Below the pieces are notes generated by a model that searched no databases, was not told the DNA's origin, and worked only from the letters and a program-made list of their open reading frames with translations. DNA of 64,000 nucleotides, taken from contig JAZDFI010000008.1 in NCBI GenBank assembly GCA_043808015.1, positions 13,271 through 77,270 of the forward strand, in the 5' to 3' direction. Every line of letters begins with the position of its first letter. The stretch's first letter is position 1. Positions 39,440 through 48,704 of the stretch are shown here, one piece after another. The DNA comes from Candidatus Aenigmatarchaeota archaeon. Its GTDB lineage: Archaea > Aenigmatarchaeota > Aenigmatarchaeia > QMZP01 > QMZT01. Made by a program: the position numbers and the translations under genes.

Positions 39440-40753
39440 ATGGCCAATAAAGTTGTCCATCACGATGCACATCCAGCACTCAAACGCGAGATAACGCTGT
39501 GGCAGGCGACCCTTACGGGCATAGGCCTTATCCTTGGCGCAGGCATTTACGCGCTGATTGGAAAGGCGTCAGCTATCGCTGGTAACGGCGTGTGGCTTTC
39601 ATTCGCACTGTCTGCGCTGGTGGCGATATTTACGGGCCTGAGCTACGCTGAGCTCAGTTCGATATTTCCCAAGGCCGGCGCAGAGTATGTTTACAGCAAA
39701 CACGCGTTCGGCAGGAAGCTCGCCTTCATAATCGGCTGGCTGGTAATAATATCCGGGTTCGTGTTTTCAGCGACGGTTGCGTTCGGCTTCGCCGGCTATT
39801 TCGAAAAGCTTTTCGGCGCGCCTTACATGCTGACAGCAGTAGTGCTCATTTTGCTGCTATCCTTCCTGGTTTTCTATGGCATCAAGGAATCGGTCTGGTT
39901 CGGGGTGATAGCGACATTGATCGAGATGGTAGGCCTTATCATAGTAATCATACTCGGCATTCCCTACCTAGGCCGGGTGGATTATTTTGATTTTCCAAGT
40001 CTTACGGGCGTCTTCACAGCGGCAGCTCTCGTGTTTTTTGCGTATGTGGGATTCGAACAGATATCCCGTTTGTCCGAGGAGACGAAGAATCCGAGGGTCA
40101 ACATCCATCGCGCGACTCTGTTGGCCATCGCAGTAACGACAATACTTTACATACTCGTCGCTGTCGCTGCTGTATCGATACTCGACTGGAACGTCTTAGG
40201 CGCTTCGAATGCCCCGATTGCGGACATCGCTTCAAAAATACTCGGGCCGCAGGGCTTCGTCGTTCTCTCGATAATCGCGCTGTTCGCGACTGCGAATACC
40301 GTCCTCTTCATGATGGTGGCGACCGCGCGCATGATTTATGGCGTAGGCAAATCGTTCTCGCACGAAAGCATATTGGCGCGCGTGCACTCGAAGACCCGCA
40401 CGCCCTGGGTGGCGACAATAATAACTGCCGTATTTTCGGTCGTCGCGCTCGGCTTCGGAAAGATAGACGTAGTCGCGAACATGACGGACTTCCTGATATT
40501 CGTCGTGTTCATCGTCATAAACGCCGCGGCGATAAAGCTGCGCTACACCAGCGAGCGCGAAGCGCATCATTTCAAGATGCCACTCAATATAGGACGCTTC
40601 CCGATTATACCCGTATTCGGCATAGTGTCATGCATCGCACTGATGGCCCACGTGAATTTAGACATAGTGGTTTATTCCGTTATTACGATCGCGATAGGCT
40701 TCGCGATAGCCGAAATCCTGGAGAGAAAAGGCATAAAGGCAAAATTCGAATAA
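39440..40753 (+). CDS. APC-superfamily amino acid/polyamine permease
   Basis: LWQATLTGIGLILGAGIYALIG and about 12 TMs. Start set at MANKVV (ATG 39440) to avoid overlap with the divergent ZIP gene. Confidence 0.8.
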   Translation: MANKVVHHDAHPALKREITLWQATLTGIGLILGAGIYALIGKASAIAGNGVWLSFALSALVAIFTGLSYAELSSIFPKAGAEYVYSKHAFGRKLAFIIGWLVIISGFVFSATVAFGFAGYFEKLFGAPYMLTAVVLILLLSFLVFYGIKESVWFGVIATLIEMVGLIIVIILGIPYLGRVDYFDFPSLTGVFTAAALVFFAYVGFEQISRLSEETKNPRVNIHRATLLAIAVTTILYILVAVAAVSILDWNVLGASNAPIADIASKILGPQGFVVLSIIALFATANTVLFMMVATARMIYGVGKSFSHESILARVHSKTRTPWVATIITAVFSVVALGFGKIDVVANMTDFLIFVVFIVINAAAIKLRYTSEREAHHFKMPLNIGRFPIIPVFGIVSCIALMAHVNLDIVVYSVITIAIGFAIAEILERKGIKAKFE

Positions 40754-40784
40754 TTTTATCGCGTGTTTTTCTGAAAAAATTTTA

Positions 40785-40903
40785 AGCGGAGGGAGGGAGT
40801 TGAACCCCCTTATGCCGGTATCTGCTCAGGATGACGCAGATTGCATCTGCGTCCGTCGCTTAGTCCGCTGCAGCCGGCCACATGGCCGTTTTGTTACCTC
40901 CGC
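40785..40903 (-). tRNA. tRNA-Cys(GCA) with a 48-nt intron at 37/38
   Basis: Hand fold: GCGGAGG-TA-ACAA-AACGGCC-ATGT-G-GCCGG-CTGCAG-[48 nt]-A-CCGGC-ATAA-GGGGG-TTCAACT-CCCTC-CCTCCGC-T. The discriminator is U73, the Cys identity element. Confidence 0.75.
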
Positions 40904-41038
40904 TTGTTTTCGGCTTTGTCTTGGTTATAATGTGTAATAATTACATAGCATATAGATTATTAAAAATTACATTTTTCCCGTTTCCTTGGAAATGGAAGGA
41001 TAATATATATTTATGTAAAATTTCCATCTTAATTTTGT

Positions 41039-41383
41039 ATGACAGACAATGATTCATATTTGTTGTCGCTGAAACACTCCTTATGGAATGTCCTTGCCGG
41101 AACGAGGGGCGGCGTGACCAGAATATGCATACTGAAACTGCTCAGGAAGAGGCCCTACAACATAAATCAGCTCCATGAAAAACTAAAGCTGGATTACAAA
41201 ACAATTCAACATCACATAAGGGTTTTGACAAACAACAAAATAATCACGGTCGAGAACGAAAAAAAATACGGATCGATGTATTTCATCTCGCCATTTTTGG
41301 AGAAACATATGTATCTTTTTGATGAAATCTTGGGGAAAATTGGGAAAAGGGAGTTAAATAACAACGAAAATAGTATTGTATAA
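41039..41383 (+). CDS. ArsR-type winged-helix transcription regulator
   Basis: GVTRICILKLLRKRPYNINQLHEKLKLDYKTIQHHIRVLTNNKIITVEN. Confidence 0.65.
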   Translation: MTDNDSYLLSLKHSLWNVLAGTRGGVTRICILKLLRKRPYNINQLHEKLKLDYKTIQHHIRVLTNNKIITVENEKKYGSMYFISPFLEKHMYLFDEILGKIGKRELNNNENSIV

Positions 41384-41392
41384 AGTGATTGG

Positions 41393-41680
41393 ATGAACTA
41401 CGTGGCATTGTCGTCGCTGGTAATCGACATATTGAACATAGTAGTCGTTGGTATGCTTTTCTACGTTTATATCAAAAATTACAGGCTAATAAGGTCGAGA
41501 TATAATTTGGGTCTGGTGGTTTTTTCCCTGATTTTCCTTCTGCAAAACATAGTTATCACGCACTTGAGCTTTTTTGCGTGGCCGGCCAGCATCGGCGATG
41601 CGGTAATGCTTGACATAATAACAATAAACTTCATCGAGCTTGTCGGCATGGCGACTCTTCTTTACATAACTTGGAAGTAA
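41393..41680 (+). CDS. Small 3-TM membrane protein, unknown function
   Basis: 95 aa with three hydrophobic segments. Starts 9 nt after the regulator gene. Confidence 0.45.
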   Translation: MNYVALSSLVIDILNIVVVGMLFYVYIKNYRLIRSRYNLGLVVFSLIFLLQNIVITHLSFFAWPASIGDAVMLDIITINFIELVGMATLLYITWK

Positions 41681-41784
41681 ACTGGAGTTTTGTGGGAATA
41701 AATTAGGAATACCGATATAAAGCGGTTTTGGCAAATAGAGTCTAGAAAAGCTATCAAGTAAAATCTTTTAAGAATAACATTAAA

Positions 41785-41865
41785 TCCACGGTCTGGTCAA
41801 AGAGGTGCGGCATTAGCCCCCCGTGATGCAGGGTTAAAATTCGCGCCCTGATCAGAAGGCCATGG
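41785..41865 (+). ncRNA. Candidate small structured RNA, copy 1 of an identical 81-nt element
   Basis: Identical to 51988..52068. Folds by hand into a rod: CCACGG/CCATGG, TCTGGTCA/TGATCAGA, GGTGCG/CGCGCC. AT-rich TATA-like sequence lies upstream and a T-run downstream. The strand is inferred. Confidence 0.4.
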
Positions 41866-41920
41866 ATGGTTTTACCTGAGTACGGTTTTTAAAAACAACT
41901 AAAGAGGGAGGAGTGTATAC

Positions 41921-42277
41921 ATGAAAGTCGTAAAGAAGGATGGAAGAGAGGAAAATTTCGACCATAACAAAATCAAAATAGGCATTGAAAAAGCGGCAGA
42001 GAGGGTTGGTGTCGAAAAGGAAAGAGCTAGACTGATAGCAGAAAAATTGGCGAAGGATGTGGAAAACCATTTAAGAAGCACCGCTACTGAGAGCAATCTC
42101 ACAAGCGTGAAAAGCAGTGATATAAGACATAGGGTCATCGAGGCTCTCGAAAAAGAAGAAAAGACAATCGCCGATTCTTTGAGGGAGTACAAAAAAGAGC
42201 AGACCCACAAACAGAGCCAGGAGCAGATTCACCACACAGAAACAAGAGCAGATCCACAAACAGAAACAAAATGTTAG
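41921..42277 (+). CDS. Stand-alone ATP-cone domain protein
   Basis: MKVVKKDGREENFDHNKIKIGIEKAA... is a typical ATP-cone N-terminus. Strong RBS GGGAGGAG. Low-complexity Q/T/H-rich tail. Confidence 0.7.
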   Translation: MKVVKKDGREENFDHNKIKIGIEKAAERVGVEKERARLIAEKLAKDVENHLRSTATESNLTSVKSSDIRHRVIEALEKEEKTIADSLREYKKEQTHKQSQEQIHHTETRADPQTETKC

Positions 42278-42541
42278 TGCTGATGACTCATGCCACAGCC
42301 TTTATTTATTTTTTTAACAATGGCACGTGAAGCAAAGCCGGACTGATGCGGAATGCTATCGAGAAAAATCAAAATATGAACTGTCAAACATGATGATCAT
42401 CCCATGGTCAAATTCTTTTGAACTGTATTTTACCACTTTAGTTGACTAAAAAACAAATTTATTGAAAAGCTATTTAAGAGGGCGCCGGGTTAACTTAAAA
42501 TATCCAGAACACTTCTTGTTTTGGCTATCGAGGGTTGTATC

Positions 42542-42976
42542 ATGGTAAAAACCACGGAAATAGTCGTCATCGATCTGATGAAACCGGCAAAGACTGTAAT
42601 GAAGGATATGGATATACACAAGGCACTCCACATGATGAGAACGGAGAACATCGATTTACTTTCCGTGGTTGACGACAAGCACACTCTGATAGGCGCGGTC
42701 AGCGAAGCGAACATGTTAAAACTGGTGAAGCAGGACCCGCCATCTCTGGGCGATCCGGTTTGGTACGACTCGCTTGAACATGACGCGGGCAATAAACCAA
42801 TAGAGACGATAATGACGAGAGGCATAACCACGATAGGCACGAATGACACGGCTGCCACCGCCCTCAAGGTCATGAGCGCGACCGGCTACAAACTTCTTCA
42901 CGTTGTCGGCCCGGCAGGAAGGCTGCTTGGCATCATAAGGATGAAGGATATAATCGATAAGCTGCTCGGTGCTTGA
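42542..42976 (+). CDS. CBS-domain pair protein
   Basis: Two CBS motifs (VIDLMKPAKTVMKDMDIHKAL..., IMTRGITTIGTNDTAATAL...). ATG at 42542 (the track start is TTG). Confidence 0.75.
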   Translation: MVKTTEIVVIDLMKPAKTVMKDMDIHKALHMMRTENIDLLSVVDDKHTLIGAVSEANMLKLVKQDPPSLGDPVWYDSLEHDAGNKPIETIMTRGITTIGTNDTAATALKVMSATGYKLLHVVGPAGRLLGIIRMKDIIDKLLGA

Positions 42977-42977
42977 C

Positions 42978-44141
42978 ATGGAACCTCTACTTGATTTGGC
43001 GTTGCTGCTCTTCGGGGCAAAGCTCGGCGGAATACTTTTCAGCAAGCTCAAGCAGCCCAGCGTGATAGGCGAGCTGGTGGCGGGCATTATACTCGGACCG
43101 TCGTTGCTGGCACTGGTCAATCCTTCAGACCTGGTCAAGGTCGTTTCTGATCTCGGCCTGCTGTTTATGATTTTGCTCGTAAGCCTCAGCATAGACTGGA
43201 AAATCCTCGAAGGACGCGCAGAACGCTTCAGCTGGATGGAACTTACGAGAGTCATACTTGTAATAATCGCGGTTTATGCGATAGGCACCGTACTGGGATG
43301 GAACATATACACCATGGTCGTGATGGGAACTGTGATAGCGATAGCTAGTACAGCGATAGTCGCGCGCACTCTCACCGACATGAAACTTTTCAGCACGGCT
43401 GAAGGACAAACGCTGATAGGACTGGAAGTCATTGACGAGGTCGTCGCCATAGTAAGCGTCGCGATAATAGCGAATGTCATGGGAGGCTCGGAGATAACGT
43501 TGTGGCCCATAATAACCACGATATTTCTCGTCGTGGGGTTGTTCGTCGTCATGAGCCGCGTTGGTTTCAAGTTCGTCACGAGGGTCACCAGCTCTATCCA
43601 GAAATACGGCATAGACGAGGCGTTGTTCGCTTTCACGTTGCTTTTCGCTTTCCTGCTTGGCAGCATCACTGAAGGCCTTAATCTGGCGTCCGTGCTTGGC
43701 GTATTCATCGCCGGCATGATACTCTGCAGAAGCGCGCAGCATCCGATAATAACGCGCAAGGTGAAGGAGATAGGCGAAAGCTTTTTCATACCGGTGTTTT
43801 TCGCGTCCGTCGGACTGTCAATAAACCTTTTTGCCGCATCCAGCCAGATAATCCCAATACTGATGATAATGGGCATCATCGTCGGAGTCAAGTTTGTCAC
43901 GGCCATGGCGGCTTTCAAGCTGTTCCGCTACAGCCTATCGGACGCGCTGAAGCTTTCGTCAGGCTTCGTCACGCTCTCCGAAATGACTGCGGTGATAGTC
44001 GCCGTCGCTATAGCGAAACTCGATCCGGTTTTCTACGTAGGGCTAATAGCGTCGTTCGTGCTGATTAATGCAGTATCGCCTCTCCTGATAAAATTCGCAT
44101 TCGGTCGCAGGGCAAGCGCAAACAGAAGGGGATGGAGTTAA
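42978..44141 (+). CDS. CPA2-family cation:proton antiporter
   Basis: MEPLLDLALLLFGAKLGGILFSKLKQPSVIGELVAGIILGPS and about 11 TMs. The ATG lies 1 nt after the CBS gene stop. Confidence 0.8.
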   Translation: MEPLLDLALLLFGAKLGGILFSKLKQPSVIGELVAGIILGPSLLALVNPSDLVKVVSDLGLLFMILLVSLSIDWKILEGRAERFSWMELTRVILVIIAVYAIGTVLGWNIYTMVVMGTVIAIASTAIVARTLTDMKLFSTAEGQTLIGLEVIDEVVAIVSVAIIANVMGGSEITLWPIITTIFLVVGLFVVMSRVGFKFVTRVTSSIQKYGIDEALFAFTLLFAFLLGSITEGLNLASVLGVFIAGMILCRSAQHPIITRKVKEIGESFFIPVFFASVGLSINLFAASSQIIPILMIMGIIVGVKFVTAMAAFKLFRYSLSDALKLSSGFVTLSEMTAVIVAVAIAKLDPVFYVGLIASFVLINAVSPLLIKFAFGRRASANRRGWS

Positions 44142-44160
44142 TTAAAATTTTTAATGATTT

Positions 44161-45639
44161 TCAGTAAGCTTTGGCGAAAAGCGCGGTCGCTTTCGCTGGT
44201 TTTCCGCAGATGGCGCATGCGCCTGCGTGAGCGTCACCTTCGATGCAGCGGATTGTCGCCGTCGTTTTCTCCTTCGTCTTCTCTTCGCATTCCGCGTAGC
44301 CGCACCAGTGGGCGCGGACCATCTTCTTGTTCTGTATGAGTTTTTCAAGTTCTTCGAAGTTTCTCGCGTCCTTTATGTTCGCTGTCAAAAACTCCTTGGC
44401 CTTCCTGAAAAGATTTTCCTGTATGTGATCGAGCGTAGTCGCTGCCGCGTGCTCTACGTCGCATTCTCTGACCGGTTTCTTCTCAGCCGTGTCGCGCCGC
44501 ACGAAGACGACCTGCCCGCTCTTTATGTCGCGGGGCCCGATTTCTATGCGAAGCGGCACGCCCTTCATCTCCCATTCGTTGAACTTCCAACCGGGAGAAT
44601 ATAAGTCGCGGTCGTCGAGCGTGACGCTGAATTTATGCTCCAGCGCCTTTCTGATCTTTTCGCCTTCTTTAAGCACGCTCGCTTTCGTGTCGTTGTCGTA
44701 AATAGGTATTATGACTATCTGGGTCGGGGCGATCTTCGGCGGAAGGACGAGGCCCTTGTCGTCGCCGTGCGTCATTGTAAGCGCGCCTATCGTGCGCGTC
44801 GTCAGGCCCCATGACGTCTGCCAGACCAGGCGTTCTTTTCCCTTGTCGTCCATGAACTTGATGTCGAACACTTTTGCGAAATGCTGGCCGAGCTTGTGCG
44901 ACGTCGCCATCTGCAGGCCGCGTCCGTCAGGCATCAGCGCCTCGAGCGCGATGGTGTAGTCCGCGCCTGCGAACGTTTCGCTCCTCGATTTCTTGCCCAT
45001 TAAGACGGGAATTGCGAGCTGGGTTTCTATTAGTTCTTTGTATTGACTCGCGCGGAGGGCGACTTCTTCTTCGCACTCCTTCTCGGTCGCGTGCGCGGTG
45101 TGGCCTTCCTGCCACAGGAATTCGCGTGTTCTCAGGAAAAGCCTGGTCGCCTTCACTTCCCAGCGGATTATGTTGCACCACTGGTTGATGCGAAGGGGAA
45201 GGTCACGCCAGGAGCGAATCCATTTCGCGTAAGAATCATACATTATAGTCTCGGATGTCGGGCGCAGCGCGTAGCGCTCTTCACCGTCGTCTTTCTTCTC
45301 AACCCAAGCGACTTCAGGCATGAAGCCTTCAAAATGCTCGGACTCCTTCTTCAGGAAGCGCTCGGGGATGAAGAGCGGGAAATACGCGTTCGATACGCCT
45401 GTCGCCTTTATCCTGTCGTCGAACCAGCGCTGTATCTTTTCCCATATGGCGAAGCCGTAAGGCCTTATGATCATGCAGCCGCTTATCGGAGCGTAATCCG
45501 CGAGGCCGGATTTCTGCACGAGCTGGTTATACCATTCGGAGAAATCGTCAGACTTCTTGATTTTCAGCCTGTCAGCTTCTTCTTTTGTGCCCTCTGGTTT
45601 CATGGCTTCGTGCTTTTGTCCGGCTTTTTTGTGCTCCAT
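44161..45639 (-). CDS. proS: Prolyl-tRNA synthetase, archaeal/eukaryotic type
   Basis: Class II motifs, a C-terminal Zn-binding domain (HWCGYAECE...CAICGKPA), and a terminal Tyr. Confidence 0.9.
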   Translation of the reverse strand: MEHKKAGQKHEAMKPEGTKEEADRLKIKKSDDFSEWYNQLVQKSGLADYAPISGCMIIRPYGFAIWEKIQRWFDDRIKATGVSNAYFPLFIPERFLKKESEHFEGFMPEVAWVEKKDDGEERYALRPTSETIMYDSYAKWIRSWRDLPLRINQWCNIIRWEVKATRLFLRTREFLWQEGHTAHATEKECEEEVALRASQYKELIETQLAIPVLMGKKSRSETFAGADYTIALEALMPDGRGLQMATSHKLGQHFAKVFDIKFMDDKGKERLVWQTSWGLTTRTIGALTMTHGDDKGLVLPPKIAPTQIVIIPIYDNDTKASVLKEGEKIRKALEHKFSVTLDDRDLYSPGWKFNEWEMKGVPLRIEIGPRDIKSGQVVFVRRDTAEKKPVRECDVEHAAATTLDHIQENLFRKAKEFLTANIKDARNFEELEKLIQNKKMVRAHWCGYAECEEKTKEKTTATIRCIEGDAHAGACAICGKPAKATALFAKAY

Positions 45640-45750
45640 ACATCCACCAATACGATGACAATTACTAAATTGTTAGCCTAAGTTATTAAATAATCATTCA
45701 CGTTTGGGTAAATTGAACTGCAAATCACTGAAAACAAAGCTGGCGGGACG

Positions 45751-46149
45751 TTAGCGCTCTTCTTCGTACGGCCTGTAATGGGTCAGCTGCCTGCCGATTA
45801 TGTATCTGATGTTCTTGGATACGATGTTGGTCGTTATCTTGCCGATTATCTTGCCGTCCCTGACGACTGCGAGTCTTCTTACCATTCTCTTGTCCATGAT
45901 TTCGCTCGCCTTTGATACGTCTTCGTTGGCGTCGATTGTTATGACTGGCGAGTTCATTATGCGTTTTACCGTGACGTAAGCCGGGTCCTTGCCCGCGGCC
46001 ACGACTTTTCTAAGAATGTCGCGTTCCGTCACCACTCCAAGCGGCGTTCCGTTCTCGGACACGAGAGCCGAGCCGGTGGCGTGCTTTTCAAGCGTCTTGG
46101 CAAGCTCGGTTACTGTGGTTTCAGGGCTCACTTTTACCCATTCCTTCAT
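45751..46149 (-). CDS. CBS-domain pair protein
   Basis: VKDVMKEWVKVSPETTVTELAKTL... and IMNSPVITIDANEDVSKASEIM. Start uncertain: ATG at 46149, or an upstream TTG near 46167. Confidence 0.7.
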   Translation of the reverse strand: MKEWVKVSPETTVTELAKTLEKHATGSALVSENGTPLGVVTERDILRKVVAAGKDPAYVTVKRIMNSPVITIDANEDVSKASEIMDKRMVRRLAVVRDGKIIGKITTNIVSKNIRYIIGRQLTHYRPYEEER

Positions 46150-46400
46150 GACGTCTTTTACCTTCAAGGATGACACCAAAATATATTGGAACTGTAAATC
46201 TTTAAAAAGACCTCCCACATATAATATATGCTCATAGATGCCACAAACTCGGCGGCGCATAACCCTATGTGCCAATGCTGACAGGCATTTATGACGAAGA
46301 TGTGAGCTTAATTACATTCAGAAAATTAAGTTTGAAGTAGGAGAACGTGAGAAAAGCAGCGAGATTTACAAGGAGTTTAAATAAATCCCGCCAATTTTTA

Positions 46401-47992
<1,592 letters not shown>

Positions 47993-48083
47993 TATATATA
48001 TCTCGCGCTCTCAACGCGTCTCCTACTTCTTCACACAGTCTTCAGCGATTGGCGCATACTCGTATGCGTCTTTCGTCAGTATT

Positions 48084-48216
48084 GGGCCGATAGATCAGCG
48101 GTAATGCGCGGGCGCAAGCCTGCGGTCGCTTGAGATCGCTCGCTTTGCAAGCGAGAGGCCGTGGGTTCAAATACGCCTTCGGCACGCCGCAGGCGATGGG
48201 AATCCCACTCGGTCCA
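48084..48216 (+). tRNA. tRNA-Ala(UGC) in the 16S-23S spacer, with two non-canonical introns (D-loop and T-loop)
   Basis: Hand fold: GGGCCGA-TA-GATC-AGCGGTAA-[~29 nt]-GATC-G-CTCGC-TTTGCAA-GCGAG-AGGCC-GTGGG-TTCAAAT-[31 nt]-CCCAC-TCGGTCC-A. The G3:U70 Ala identity pair is present. Confidence 0.75.
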
Positions 48217-48668
48217 TAAAAGCCTTTTAGAAAAAGGCTTTAGCGAAAAACGAAAGCGCGAACAATGTATATAAAGACCTGGCAACAATAATTAGTTGCT
48301 CACGCTTACGGAAAACGCAGGTGATGTCTGCGGTTTCCAAAACAATGGCTATCCAAAGCTGTTCAGAGCTGTGTCGTATCCGTGACAGGGAATGGCATTG
48401 CAGTCGGAGGGTGGCGTACGCGAGTACGATATCTGTTTTTCTGGACAAGCTAGGGCTAGCGACAACCAAATCTCAATGTCACGGATCATGCTAACCACAT
48501 TACACCGAACCGATTGCGGTTGATGCAAACCCGCTTTCGGCATATGAAGCCTTTCAGCGAACGCTGATGGGTGGATTAGAGAGGAGCGATGAATATCATA
48601 CAGTCACCTGAACGGACGCGCAAGCGCCTGTAATGACGAGGTGAACACCAATTGAGTTCCTTGATGAT

Positions 48669-48704
48669 GAAACATTGGCGAGTTGTCCTGACAAAAAGGA
48701 TCTG
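48669..48704 (+). promoter_or_regulatory. 5' arm of the 23S processing stem
   Basis: GAAACAT-TGGCGAGTTGTCC-TGACAAA-AAG-GATCTG pairs with 51817..51855. Helices of 6, 7, 13 and 7 bp are separated by 3-nt bulges (bulge-helix-bulge-like). Confidence 0.7.

Noticed and set aside
41785-41865. Reading the 81-nt duplicated element as a tRNA or split-tRNA half
   Set aside because: No acceptor/T-arm combination can be drawn. CAGGG...CCCTG encloses a 12-nt loop without a TTC-type T-loop.
42281-42350. Possible box C/D sRNA (TGATGA at about 42281, CTGA at about 42344) in the intergenic region after the ATP-cone gene
   Set aside because: There are no internal C'/D' boxes or terminal stem, and a T7 run lies between the boxes and would likely terminate archaeal transcription.
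43125-43918. ORFs 43125..43742(-) and 43274..43918(-)
   Set aside because: They are antisense to the CPA2 antiporter gene, whose TM-rich product is well supported.
45043-45681. 212-aa plus-strand ORF
   Set aside because: It is antisense to prolyl-tRNA synthetase.
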